A DNA stretch of 64,000 bases from an uncultured virus (IMG/VR IMGVR_UViG_3300031578_000015). Taxonomy: Duplodnaviria > Heunggongvirae > Uroviricota > Caudoviricetes. Under the pieces are notes generated by a model that was given only the letters and a program-made list of their open reading frames with translations, was not told the DNA's origin and ran no database searches. The translations under genes were made by a program, and so were the position numbers. This document shows positions 9,500 through 19,683 of this stretch, piece by piece; positions within the stretch are counted from its first letter, which is position 1, and each line of letters begins with the position of its first letter. The stretch lies in IMG/VR virus record IMGVR_UViG_3300031578_000015; one strand, 5' to 3'.

Positions 9500-10536
9500 C
9501 AGTCTAATTGCATCGGCATAACGATATGGTTACTATTATCCGTATAAATAAAAGTAATAGCTCTTACAAATTCGGTAAATTGTATTTCCTTTAATGATTT
9601 CAATGTCAAAACATCATTCAAGTATTTATAATTGATTGCTAAAGTAGTATTTTTGTATTCTCTAGTTTCATCATAAAATCCTTTCCATTGCATCGACCCC
9701 ATATTCTTATTTTCCCATTCAACAAAAACCATATCATCTTTATTGTGCTTAATCATTATTCTCTCAGTTGTATCCTTGTTTTTCAATTGCATTATTTTTG
9801 AATAAATATCTTTCCATTCAATCAAATCAGGAATGCCAATTGTATAAGTTTGCTTTTCAGGAACTACTTTACGCCAATTAGGAAATTGCCCTTCAATATT
9901 CGTCGTACAATAATATAGAATTGATCCTTTGTATTCAAATTGGAATACTGAAAACTTCTTATCTATTTTATATTTTATATTTGAACCTTTTTTCAATAGC
10001 CATTCTAAGCATTTTGTATTAGGCAGAATAACCGCCGGGAACTTGTCAAATCCTGATGAATGAAAAAGCCTTCGTCCATCAGTGGCAGCTACATTGCCAT
10101 CATCAAAATAAATGCCATTCATGAAATATCTTGTCTCATCATCTGAAATAAACTTGAAGGCATTTAACATCAATTCTGCTTGCACATCATTTATATTTAC
10201 ATATTCTCCAGTCAAATCAACTTCAATTTGTGGAAACTTTTCCAGGTTATTTTGATTGCTATTGAACCCATCCAGCTTTTTGAATGCCTTGCTCAGATTG
10301 TATTCATAAACACCGTTTTCTTCATTCCCATTGTAATCCATAAACAGGAAACTTTTGATATTTGTTACTTGCAGTCTATTTTCATTCTTGGCAATATAGG
10401 AACAAATAGACAGACTGTTTTTTGACAAATCCATGTGTGAAGCAACGTCTAAAAAAGCATTGACAGGGTCAACTACAATTTGTTTCTTTTCATGCTTTGA
10501 TTCATGCTTGATCTCTTCCCCAAATATATTTACCAT
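9499..10536 (-). CDS. dnaN: sliding clamp (DnaN/beta-like), copy 2
   Basis: FISDDETRYFMNGIYF...AATDGRRL, IEGQFPNWRKVVP, AINYKYLNDVL and a C-terminal IVMPM are DnaN signatures. Confidence 0.8.
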   Translation of the reverse strand: MVNIFGEEIKHESKHEKKQIVVDPVNAFLDVASHMDLSKNSLSICSYIAKNENRLQVTNIKSFLFMDYNGNEENGVYEYNLSKAFKKLDGFNSNQNNLEKFPQIEVDLTGEYVNINDVQAELMLNAFKFISDDETRYFMNGIYFDDGNVAATDGRRLFHSSGFDKFPAVILPNTKCLEWLLKKGSNIKYKIDKKFSVFQFEYKGSILYYCTTNIEGQFPNWRKVVPEKQTYTIGIPDLIEWKDIYSKIMQLKNKDTTERIMIKHNKDDMVFVEWENKNMGSMQWKGFYDETREYKNTTLAINYKYLNDVLTLKSLKEIQFTEFVRAITFIYTDNSNHIVMPMQLD

Positions 10537-10546
10537 ACTTACTCCT

Positions 10547-12121
10547 TTATTCTAGCAATTTAGCATTTTCATTTTTGACATATTCTATCATTCCTACATT
10601 CTTATTATATACTTCTTTTCCTTCAAATGATTTTACAATTTCCTTTTCCTCCACATCCATATCTGTATATTTCTTTTGCCCATAATCTTCAGGAAGCCAT
10701 TTTTTGTATTTGCAAGCAATAATATTGAATCGTCGTAATGTTCCATCATTTCTAAACTTCAAATGCATAGTACCTTTTTTATACAAACTAATAATAAAAT
10801 GTGAAGATTCTATATTTCGCATAGTACCATCTATAAATGCTTTTTCTATTGCATCTTTCATAGAAACAAAATCTTTTTCATAAGTGAAATAATTCATAAC
10901 TAAGTCAATATCGTTTAATGCTTGTTCAAAATCACTGCTTATTTTCAATGCTCCACTATAACTATAAAATGGATGACTATAAGTAGAATATAATCTATAT
11001 GGAATGATTACCTTGTTATTTACATAAAACGATTTGTTTGTTTTCCAACCATTGAAATAATGAATATTCGTTTTACATTCTTCCCAGTAAGAATATTGAG
11101 TGGTAAATGTATCAAATAAATCAGCTACTGCTTTATTCAAAATATCTTGATAATTACCTACTAACTTCAATATAAACTCTCTGATATTATTTTCTGTAAA
11201 ATCCATACTTGATTGTATTTCTATCTGTTTATAAAACTTGTCTTTTTCATTCTTAGTCATTCGCTTTTTTACTTCATCCAAATCCAATACTTTTATCCAA
11301 TAACTTTTTCTGATATTTGTGATAAAATCATTTATCAGTGCATTCAAATTAGGACCACTACTATGTGAATATGTTTTTTCACTACATGGAGTATCTAAAA
11401 TTAAAGTATCGCCGATCAATCGTTTATTGGTATAAAAGTAAACAATTATTTCCATGCCTTTATTCAATAATGCATTATACTCTTCTACAATAAATGAAAC
11501 ATTGTTCCGTGAAGCAAGGGATTTTTCTTCATCATCTATTTTAACATTTACTGTTTTTGCTTTATCGGTACATTTATCAAATAAATCATCTTCAATATTC
11601 TTTTCAACTTTTATATAAATCAACGCAACTTCTACTTTTGTTTTTCTTTCAGCATCAACAAAAGCATCTTTAATATACTCAATAGAAGCATTCAATTCTT
11701 TCAATTTTTGTACTAATGTTCTTCTCATATTTGAATGAGGATTTTTTATAGTTTCAGAATTCAATAAGCAAACAATCTGCCCTGAATATAAAATATCAAT
11801 AGCTTTCAACAAATGCTTATGTCCATTATCAAAAGGTGGATTCATAATAATTAAATCAAACTTATCTAATCCTGCATAAGTTAGAAAATCAGTATCAATT
11901 ACTTTATATGATTTTCCAATAAGTACCGAACGCAAATCATAATCTTTTTCAATACAAGACATATTACAAGTGCCATTATATCTATATTGTTCTTTTATAT
12001 AGTCTAAAATATCGCCTTTACCAGCTGAAGGTTCTAACATATTTGAAATAGTATTGTGATCTATTTTTGACCACATCTTGCTAATGAGTTTTTTGGGCGT
12101 TGGATAAAATGTTGCTATCAT
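10547..12121 (-). CDS. SAM-dependent DNA methyltransferase with DUF4942-like C-terminal domain
   Basis: FYPTP, LEPSAGKG, IIMNPPF; C-terminal YKKGTMHLKF. Confidence 0.85.
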   Translation of the reverse strand: MIATFYPTPKKLISKMWSKIDHNTISNMLEPSAGKGDILDYIKEQYRYNGTCNMSCIEKDYDLRSVLIGKSYKVIDTDFLTYAGLDKFDLIIMNPPFDNGHKHLLKAIDILYSGQIVCLLNSETIKNPHSNMRRTLVQKLKELNASIEYIKDAFVDAERKTKVEVALIYIKVEKNIEDDLFDKCTDKAKTVNVKIDDEEKSLASRNNVSFIVEEYNALLNKGMEIIVYFYTNKRLIGDTLILDTPCSEKTYSHSSGPNLNALINDFITNIRKSYWIKVLDLDEVKKRMTKNEKDKFYKQIEIQSSMDFTENNIREFILKLVGNYQDILNKAVADLFDTFTTQYSYWEECKTNIHYFNGWKTNKSFYVNNKVIIPYRLYSTYSHPFYSYSGALKISSDFEQALNDIDLVMNYFTYEKDFVSMKDAIEKAFIDGTMRNIESSHFIISLYKKGTMHLKFRNDGTLRRFNIIACKYKKWLPEDYGQKKYTDMDVEEKEIVKSFEGKEVYNKNVGMIEYVKNENAKLLE

Positions 12122-12147
12122 GCTTATCCTTATTATATATCATTAAA

Positions 12148-13569
12148 CTAAATTTTTCTCTTATATTTTGCACTTTCTTCAACTTTATTATACCCAATGA
12201 CTTCTTTCCTCATCCTTGAATCTATACATGGCCTACCTAAATCCAGGCATTGCAATACCACGGCCTGATCCGCTATATGCCTGCCCTCCCTAACCTCCAT
12301 CATTCCTAGTCTTATTATATTATTATGATTTTCCTTGTCAGTGGCATTCAAGCTTACTGCCAAAGTGACATGGTTTATTTTCCTAATATCCTCTGATGCT
12401 TGTGAAGTCTTGATATCACTATCAAATGTTTTCTTTTCTGTATGGCTTGCAGTTATTATCGCTATATTCCGTTCATTGGCAAAATCCCGTAATCCTTTCC
12501 ATATCTTATTTATCCTGTCCCTGTTATCTGTATATTTTCCTCCTGCCTCCATATAATCAGCATAGTCAATAATGATAGTATCAGGAACAAAGTTTTCATA
12601 ATAATATAGATTATCACAAACACTTTCTATCATTTGTACTGTTGCAGATACCATAGGAATGATTTTTATTCTGCCTTTCCTGTACAATCGCCTAAGCTTC
12701 TTTTGCATATCCTCAATAGTTTCTAAATTGGTTCCGTCCATTTCCTTTTCATCTTGCTCTATGGTAAAAAGGCCGTTTTCTGTTTCCTCGAAATGTGCTG
12801 AATGAATTGTGCGTTTATATAATGGTTGACCCGTAATGGAGGGCCAGCATCGTTTTATTATCGCAGTATCATTCATTTCAAGTGGGATATAAATAATCTT
12901 ATTGCTTTGACTCATTGCTATTTCTGCTGTATACCAAAGCCAGAATGACTTGCCTCGCTTGGCCGGTCCAAAAAAACTCATGAAATCGCCACGACAAATA
13001 GGTGGGATGATTGTCCCCACAGCTCCAGGGAACGTGATTATTTCATTATGCTCTTTTGTCAATGCTTCCAATATCTTGTTATGATCATGAAGCAAATCAA
13101 TGCCTTGGCCTGTTGGCTTTTCTACTCTTTTATGATTCGCAATAGCCAAATTACCTTTGTTTGGATCGTTAGAATCTACAGCATCTTGCATCTTTTCAAT
13201 AGTCAATTTTATATTCTGCATATCCAAATAATTCTTACAGTTATTTATCTCGAAATCAATATTGGTTACTTCTGTATTTTCATATTCACTGGAAATGGAT
13301 TTTAAGAATAACGAAATTGAATCATTTAATTCTTCATCGTCTTGCAATGATAATTTATTGTTTAGGTACAAATCCTTGATATGCTTATTTGGGCAAGTAG
13401 AAAACTCATCAAAAAAGGTTTTAACCCATTGATATATTTGTTTTGCATAGGGAGTCTCAAAAAATTGACTTCTAATCATAGGTAATACTTCTTGACAAAA
13501 CCTAGTATTAGTTATGAGAAGCGTGATTATTTTTCTCTCCATATTAAGAAGTATACGTTCACGTGTCAA
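12148..13569 (-). CDS. dnaB: DnaB-like replicative helicase
   Basis: Walker A GPAKRGKS, YIPLEM, IIIDYAD, IITASH, SEDIRK. Confidence 0.85.
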   Translation of the reverse strand: MTRERILLNMERKIITLLITNTRFCQEVLPMIRSQFFETPYAKQIYQWVKTFFDEFSTCPNKHIKDLYLNNKLSLQDDEELNDSISLFLKSISSEYENTEVTNIDFEINNCKNYLDMQNIKLTIEKMQDAVDSNDPNKGNLAIANHKRVEKPTGQGIDLLHDHNKILEALTKEHNEIITFPGAVGTIIPPICRGDFMSFFGPAKRGKSFWLWYTAEIAMSQSNKIIYIPLEMNDTAIIKRCWPSITGQPLYKRTIHSAHFEETENGLFTIEQDEKEMDGTNLETIEDMQKKLRRLYRKGRIKIIPMVSATVQMIESVCDNLYYYENFVPDTIIIDYADYMEAGGKYTDNRDRINKIWKGLRDFANERNIAIITASHTEKKTFDSDIKTSQASEDIRKINHVTLAVSLNATDKENHNNIIRLGMMEVREGRHIADQAVVLQCLDLGRPCIDSRMRKEVIGYNKVEESAKYKRKI

Positions 13570-13838
13570 ATGATATCCTTATTTTTCTTTTGTATACTTA
13601 AGCATCTAGGATTATCTACTGTAAAAGCTCTACATACTTCTGGTCTATCATTATAAATAGAACATAGATTATTTTCATTAAGTGCTATACAAGTTTTATG
13701 GTCTTTTTGCTTTCTCATATAAAATGCTTTATTTCTGACTATCAAATATTCAACAGGAATATCATAATTACCATACACTTCTACAGATAATCCCATACAA
13801 CATCCTGCCTTGCACTTGATACATTTTTCATTAACCAA
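13566..13838 (-). CDS. YkgJ-family CxxCxxxCC zinc/iron-chelating protein
   Basis: CIKCKAGCC...CIAL...CSIYNDRPEVCRAF. Confidence 0.8.
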   Translation of the reverse strand: MVNEKCIKCKAGCCMGLSVEVYGNYDIPVEYLIVRNKAFYMRKQKDHKTCIALNENNLCSIYNDRPEVCRAFTVDNPRCLSIQKKNKDII

Positions 13839-13839
13839 T

Positions 13840-14040
13840 TTAATCCTCAGTTGGTGTTGGTAATAAATCTTTTATACTTACCAATAATTCTTTTTCTCCA
13901 TACAATACAAATGTCTTACTAATAATTCCTGGCCCTTCGATATAACTAAAATCAGGATATTGCATTCTGATATTGTCTAAAGTAAATCTGATTTCTTTCC
14001 ACCAAATCCTTCCAACTTCAAGTTGCAACATAGTTCTCAT
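13840..14040 (-). CDS. hypothetical protein
   Basis: Operon packing and SD. Confidence 0.55.
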   Translation of the reverse strand: MRTMLQLEVGRIWWKEIRFTLDNIRMQYPDFSYIEGPGIISKTFVLYGEKELLVSIKDLLPTPTED

Positions 14041-14247
14041 TTATTTACATCCTTAAGCCCATATATGAAAACCCATAACAAAAAGAAAAGATGCTTTCCA
14101 ATCATTATCAGGATTGTCAAAAAATTTCCTTCCTGGTTCCCTAAAATTGACGGTGAAATAAGCTACAATAGGAAAACCAAAAATGATTATAGAAAATATA
14201 TCCTTTCGCCTTCCATCCTTGATAGTGCCAAATGGATATTTCATAAT

Positions 14248-14622
14248 TCACTTAAATTCAAAATTAGAAATTATTGTATTTTTAGGAACATATAAAATAT
14301 ATTGGGCTCTTCTTCCCCATCCATTTGTTCCCATATAATGTAAATATGGTTTTTCATATCCTTCATATATAGTACAATAATCAGCACGCATCTCTATTCT
14401 TTTAATTGTTCCTTGTTCATTTTTTATATATACTATAAAATAAGTAATTTCGTCGATACTTCCAAAACCAAGTACAAAATCACCTTGAATTTTTTCTTGC
14501 GTAGTAACACTAATTAAAGTATAATCATGCCATTTATTATCATAATTTGGTAAATTATTTGATTGTGCAGATACTTCAAACATTAAAAATAAAAACATAA
14601 AAAGCCCAAATACCTTTTTCAT
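14248..14622 (-). CDS. hypothetical exported protein
   Basis: Signal peptide MKKVFGLFMFLFLMFEVSA. Confidence 0.6.
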   Translation of the reverse strand: MKKVFGLFMFLFLMFEVSAQSNNLPNYDNKWHDYTLISVTTQEKIQGDFVLGFGSIDEITYFIVYIKNEQGTIKRIEMRADYCTIYEGYEKPYLHYMGTNGWGRRAQYILYVPKNTIISNFEFK

Positions 14623-15089
14623 ATTACCACAACCTCCCCATTGAAACTATTAGATGCCTTTATAGCAGTATCCTCAGAAACATATTTATAGGCCCTTTCT
14701 ATATCAATTGTCAAAATAACCTTTGAACGCTTATATGAAACAACCTTTTGTATATAATAAATGAAAATATCCTTAGATACTTTAACGATATATTTCATTA
14801 GAAAATGATGCCAATTAAAAATCCAATAATAGTACCAAAAACTAAACCAATAATAATTCTTGAAACATGAATATAAACAAGTAAAGGAGTCCAATTTTCC
14901 TTTTTATCTAATTGCATGTCTACTGCTTCTTTATAGCCGATTTTACAATATTCTTTAGTTACCTTATAAGTCATATTTTCTCCTTATCTATATTATATAT
15001 CATTAAACAAAATTTTTTAACACATTCTGCATAATATTATTCTGGTTGAATATCTTGTCTTTTTCCTTTCCATCAAACAATTTCCCTAA

Positions 15090-16553
15090 TCATTTTAGAT
15101 TTTTCATAATTACTTCATCAAAACTATAATTAAAAAGCGTAATATCCTTTTTTCCGTCAAGTATCATAGAAATTGCTTTGAAACTTTCTTCTATATTATC
15201 AGCTATTGAGTTTTCTATAGTTCTATTGGCAAAGGGGAAATATACCATTGCTCTATCTGCTTTTTGTCCTGGCCTATCTATTCTACTTAATACTTGTATT
15301 AATTGTCCTGGCGTATCTGGTATTTCTACTATTGCGATTCCTTCACTTACGGATAAAGTTAATCCCTCTCCCCCTGCTTCTGTTTGAATAAAAATCAATT
15401 TTACTTTTTTATCAGTTTGGAATCTATCTTCTGCCAATTGCCTTTTTGCATCTGTAGAAACCGAACCATCTATTTTTACTGCAATGCTTTTATATCTAGT
15501 ATATAAATCATCCATTACATTTTTATGCCAAACAGATACAACTAATTTATCATGGTCTTCTAAATACTCATCTATCCAAACGAAAAGCGCATTTCTTTTT
15601 GCCAAATACGCTAATCGTTTTAATTTGCTAAAACTATTTTTTACCTCTAATTTATTTCTATTGCCTTTAATTAATTCCTTTAATTCATTGCTAATATTGA
15701 TATAATTTTTTTCTTCTAATTTTGTTAATTCTAATGGAACTACAACAAATATAGGGTCTTTTCTAAACTTGTTCTGTATAATCATTATTTTTTTTAATTT
15801 CGCGTGTAGTTCATCTTCATTTGATGAGCCATTAAATTCCCATCCTCCTTTATATCCAATAGAAGGCCCACAATAATGCCAATAAAAATAATATTCACGA
15901 GGAAATAAATTAGGGGCTGTTAAATGCAAAATAGTCCATAATTTTTTAGGGTATTTTCTGGTCAATGTACCTGATAAAGGAATAAATACTTTTGGTTTTA
16001 TTGTTTTCATCATTTCATTTAAACACATTGTCCAAATAGCCTTGGGATTACCAAATTTATGAGCTTCATCAGGAATAATACCTGTAATACCTAATTTAGC
16101 TAATTCCTTCCACCAACCCTCTAATCTTACAATTCCTTTTTTATACCTATGTTTTTTATAATTTGATCCTTCTTTTTGTTTTCTTAATAATTCTTCTTTG
16201 TCAAATAATGCTTTTCGCTTGTTTTCTAGTTTTCTATCCTTAATATTTTCTTTGCCCAATATATGATAATTTATAATATAATAATCATAATTTTTTGGTA
16301 ACGAATATGTTTTTTCACCTGATAGTATATATGAATCTTTCCCTGACCATTTTTTTATCTCCCGCGCCCATTTTAACTTCATTGATTTTGTACATATAAT
16401 TATATATTTTCCAGGATAACTAATATCCATTGTTCCAATAGTTTCTATTGTTTTACCTACGCCACATTTTGAACCGTTAATAGCATAACCATTACGATCC
16501 TCTACGAACTTAATTGCCTTTTTTTGATGTGGAAGATACTTTAATCTATCCAT
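15090..16553 (-). CDS. SNF2-family helicase/ATPase; likely start ATG 16553, coupled to the endonuclease stop
   Basis: YLPHQ, GVGKT, DEAH, LSGT, KIDGS, AGGEGLTL, SRIDRPGQ. Confidence 0.9.
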   Translation of the reverse strand: MDRLKYLPHQKKAIKFVEDRNGYAINGSKCGVGKTIETIGTMDISYPGKYIIICTKSMKLKWAREIKKWSGKDSYILSGEKTYSLPKNYDYYIINYHILGKENIKDRKLENKRKALFDKEELLRKQKEGSNYKKHRYKKGIVRLEGWWKELAKLGITGIIPDEAHKFGNPKAIWTMCLNEMMKTIKPKVFIPLSGTLTRKYPKKLWTILHLTAPNLFPREYYFYWHYCGPSIGYKGGWEFNGSSNEDELHAKLKKIMIIQNKFRKDPIFVVVPLELTKLEEKNYINISNELKELIKGNRNKLEVKNSFSKLKRLAYLAKRNALFVWIDEYLEDHDKLVVSVWHKNVMDDLYTRYKSIAVKIDGSVSTDAKRQLAEDRFQTDKKVKLIFIQTEAGGEGLTLSVSEGIAIVEIPDTPGQLIQVLSRIDRPGQKADRAMVYFPFANRTIENSIADNIEESFKAISMILDGKKDITLFNYSFDEVIMKNLK

Positions 16554-17217
16554 TTTTTCTTTTTCTAGTTTCCCACATTTTCTTACTAGCAACGCTTATC
16601 TTTTCTCTTGTTTCTTTTGTATGTTTTCTTCCTTTTCCTTTTAAGCCTATTAATATTTTAGTTTCTTCTGAATGCCTAAATCCTCTTTTTGCATTACCCA
16701 TTTTTATTCTTGTTTCTTTAGAACGTTTTATTCCCTTATTCCAAGTATTACCTATTTTTGCAATTCTTAATTTTTCAATAGTTTCTGGGCTATGCTTTCT
16801 TCCTTTTCCGGCGGCACTAACTCTTCTTTTAGTTTCTTCCGTTACAGGAGCCTTAAACATAGCAGCTATTCTCATTTTTCTTCTTGTTTCCTTTGAATGA
16901 TGAAGCCCTTTGAAAAATCCTATCTCTCCTCCATAAGTAATATTATATCCAATTTTTTTATTAGTTGAATCATACAATTCGATAAACAATCGTTCAGCTT
17001 CTTCTAATCTCTTTATTGTTTTTACCCAATATAATATTTTAACTTTGAAATTTTCCTTCCCATATTTTTTCAAAGCATTTTGAATTGCTTTTCCACTACC
17101 AAAATATTTCTTGTCAAAATATGTTTTTCGATGTTGTCCAATATAAATCTTACCATTTATAAGATTAGTTGTCATATAAATATAACCAATAACATTTTCT
17201 GGTTTGTTTACTTTCAT
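16546..17217 (-). CDS. GIY-YIG homing endonuclease with NUMOD3 repeats
   Basis: GYIY...NGKIYIGQH, YFGSG, GYNIT and repeated HS/TxETxxK motifs. Confidence 0.92.
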   Translation of the reverse strand: MKVNKPENVIGYIYMTTNLINGKIYIGQHRKTYFDKKYFGSGKAIQNALKKYGKENFKVKILYWVKTIKRLEEAERLFIELYDSTNKKIGYNITYGGEIGFFKGLHHSKETRRKMRIAAMFKAPVTEETKRRVSAAGKGRKHSPETIEKLRIAKIGNTWNKGIKRSKETRIKMGNAKRGFRHSEETKILIGLKGKGRKHTKETREKISVASKKMWETRKRKNG

Positions 17218-17227
17218 TTTTAACTAA

Positions 17228-17350
17228 ACAAAAATCCTTAATGGGGTGGGCTGGTAGACCTTCATCGATACGCGGATATCGATTCACCCCATTAAGGATT
17301 CTCATAACCTCCGCGAATAATTTTAGATACATTGCTACCACAACATATCC
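17228..17350 (-). ncRNA. putative structured 5' leader (three stems, two pseudoknots) upstream of the GIY-YIG gene
   Basis: 16-bp perfect outer stem 17300-17285/17248-17233; inner hairpin ATCGATA/TATCGAT; 5' hairpin; loop pairings TGGTAG/CTACCA and CGCGGA/TCCGCG. Confidence 0.6.
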
Positions 17351-17358
17351 ATGCATAT

Positions 17359-17387
17359 AATATATACTCCTTTTGTCAAAATGTAAA
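17359..17387 (-). promoter_or_regulatory. promoter TTTACA-N17-TATATT at the cassette boundary
   Basis: Read directly on the minus strand, starting where the helicase remnant breaks. Confidence 0.55.
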
Positions 17388-17474
17388 GCCCCATTTCATC
17401 GGCAAGTAAACCAATGCCATTAACGGACTCAATCCAGTTTATTCCTTGCTTCTGAAAAGGGCGTAATTTATCAT
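17386..17474 (-). pseudogene. orphaned, frameshifted 5' end of an SNF2 helicase gene
   Basis: Reads KLRPFQKQGINWIESVNGIGLLADEMGL and breaks just before the expected GKT; the ATG at 17474 is one base out of frame. Confidence 0.8.
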
Positions 17475-17479
17475 TTCAA

Positions 17480-18604
17480 TCAGCCCCCAGCCTTGAAATT
17501 ATAAACAGGCTTTACAAAATCAATTATATCAACAGTATCTTTAATATTATCAATAATAGTTTGCTTATCTTTGTATGCTCCTGGAGCTTCATCAATAGTT
17601 TCTACATTTGCCGTAGTTGTATAAATGCCTTCCATTTGTTCTCTAAATGTAACTACAGACAATTCCTTTTTAGCTTGCGTCCTAGATAATATCCTACCAG
17701 CACCATGAGGAGCAGAATAATTATATATCGAATTTCCTTTGCCTTTACATATTGCTAGTCCATCTCGCATATTGAAAGGAATAATTACTAATTCATTTTC
17801 TCTTGCTGGAGTTGCTCCTTTACGAATAATATTATCATCCCCAATGAAATTATGTACAGATTCAATTTCCTGTAATGAACCATACCCTAAATATTCAGTT
17901 ATTCTATTCATCATTTCCCATCTATTTAACGATGCAAACTTTTGGGCAACTTTCAAATCACGAATATAATCTTGCCCATCCTTTTCATTAGTCAATAGAA
18001 ATTCTAAATCCTTATATTCATTTCCAATAAAATACTTTTTCAAATTAGCTTTAGCAATTGATTGATAATAATTAGCAACTTTCAATCCAAAATTCCTACT
18101 TCCAGAATGAATAGTTACCCAATAATTATTTTCAGAATCTTTGCCAACCTCACAAAAATGATTGCCCGAACCGAGCGACCCGATAGCACGTAATGCTTTT
18201 TTATAATCTTCTAGGCCAATATTTTTACAAACTTCTTGCACTTCATCCTTGAAATATAAACCTGTACTTTCTGTAATATTGTTATTTATAGAAAATCCTG
18301 ATGGGATATTTTTCTTAATAAAATCATCAAACTTTGGCAAATCAATATTTTCTATTGCAAACTTCCTAGATAACATCCCACAGCCGATATCGACCCCGAC
18401 TATGTTAGGAATTATATAATCATTCATTTTCATGGTAAACCCAACTACAGCGCCTTTGCCAGCATGACAATCAGGCATAATGGCAATATGAGTATTAGCA
18501 AAAGCAGGATGATTCAGAAAACCTTGTATTTGTTCTTTTGTAGTTTCATCAATAGCATCAATCATAATATGGGCAAAGTTATATTTACCTTTCATTACAA
18601 ACAT
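17480..18604 (-). CDS. rtcB: RtcB RNA ligase
   Basis: MPDCHAGKG, VGVDIGCG, GSLGSGNHF, HSGSR, HN, RKGATPA, SAPHGAGR, DEAPGAYK. Confidence 0.95.
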   Translation of the reverse strand: MFVMKGKYNFAHIMIDAIDETTKEQIQGFLNHPAFANTHIAIMPDCHAGKGAVVGFTMKMNDYIIPNIVGVDIGCGMLSRKFAIENIDLPKFDDFIKKNIPSGFSINNNITESTGLYFKDEVQEVCKNIGLEDYKKALRAIGSLGSGNHFCEVGKDSENNYWVTIHSGSRNFGLKVANYYQSIAKANLKKYFIGNEYKDLEFLLTNEKDGQDYIRDLKVAQKFASLNRWEMMNRITEYLGYGSLQEIESVHNFIGDDNIIRKGATPARENELVIIPFNMRDGLAICKGKGNSIYNYSAPHGAGRILSRTQAKKELSVVTFREQMEGIYTTTANVETIDEAPGAYKDKQTIIDNIKDTVDIIDFVKPVYNFKAGG

Positions 18605-18793
18605 TTAATCATCCTCAATTTTACAAGGATTATTTGTAGGGCATAATCCCCAAGTATCCCACCAATCACCACTAGATTTATATTCTGGAATATCAAAAGG
18701 AATTGCGTTCCATTTCCCACAGCACCCACAACAAAATCCTGAATAATGAATAATTTTTCTGCCCTTAATAATCCAAATTAAATATTTAAGCAT
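18605..18793 (-). CDS. small Cys-rich hypothetical protein
   Basis: CCGCCG...GLCP; operon packing. Confidence 0.55.
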   Translation of the reverse strand: MLKYLIWIIKGRKIIHYSGFCCGCCGKWNAIPFDIPEYKSSGDWWDTWGLCPTNNPCKIEDD

Positions 18794-19683
18794 AATTCCC
18801 TCCTTACCTCGGCTTCTTCGCTAGCATTATAATCACCAGGATCATGTTCAAATTCAGGATTGAATATTTCTACTTCTATGCCTAATCCTGCCAATCGTTG
18901 CCCATATTTTTTTGCTCTATCCTGCGCCATTTTTTCATTATCGAAAAGGAATATTACTTTCTTGAATCTATTAGCTAGTAATACAATTTGTTCTTCCGAC
19001 ATTGATGTTCCCATGCAGCTTGCCACATTTTTTGTCCCTAGTCGCCAACAATCAAAAACGCCTTCTACAATCAATAACCAATCTTCTAAACAATTATCTA
19101 AGTTGAAAAATATATGCTTGATATTGACTAAACCTAATTCAATAGGATAATTCTTATAACGTAATATTCCCAATTCATCGCATTTTTCTTTACTGTAAAT
19201 CGATCTAGCTTGAAATGATACTAATTGATTATGATATACAATTGGAATAATAATTCTAAAAGACCACTTTCCTGTTATACCTCCCCATGTAATACCATAA
19301 TCTCGAATGATAGTATCAGGATCGAATCGACGATTGACAATATAATTGAAAGCCTTCCCCTCAATTTTTACTCCAGGCAAAATGATCTTCTTGCCTTTTG
19401 ATTTTTTCCTATTCAGCTTTTGTCTTACTATTGTTTCAGTTGAATACTCTTCTAATAGTTTCTTTGTTTCATAAAATGATAAATGTAATAATTCTGATAA
19501 TACTTTTTCTATAGAACTTCCCTCGCACGTCCAACAATGATAGAATCCGCCTAATAAATTGATTCCTCCTTTGAATCCCCTATCGCCATTATCGTGGTAT
19601 GGGCAATTGATATTAACATAATTGTCTGTATCAATACGATACGGGATTTTATTATCTTTCAGTAGACGGATGAAATCTATCAT
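18778..19683 (-). CDS. DNA primase (zinc finger plus TOPRIM)
   Basis: CPYH...YHCWTC, RIIIPI, IVEGVFD, FLFDNE, HDPGD. Confidence 0.9.
   Translation of the reverse strand: MIDFIRLLKDNKIPYRIDTDNYVNINCPYHDNGDRGFKGGINLLGGFYHCWTCEGSSIEKVLSELLHLSFYETKKLLEEYSTETIVRQKLNRKKSKGKKIILPGVKIEGKAFNYIVNRRFDPDTIIRDYGITWGGITGKWSFRIIIPIVYHNQLVSFQARSIYSKEKCDELGILRYKNYPIELGLVNIKHIFFNLDNCLEDWLLIVEGVFDCWRLGTKNVASCMGTSMSEEQIVLLANRFKKVIFLFDNEKMAQDRAKKYGQRLAGLGIEVEIFNPEFEHDPGDYNASEEAEVRRELCLNI

Noticed and set aside
17165..17356. 63-aa ORF upstream of the endonuclease
   Set aside because: It coincides with the structured leader and shows no protein features.
16440..17390. Group I intron splitting the helicase
   Set aside because: No recognisable catalytic core, no U/G splice junctions restoring ADEMGLGKT, the upstream piece is frameshifted, and the downstream gene has its own complete N-terminus.
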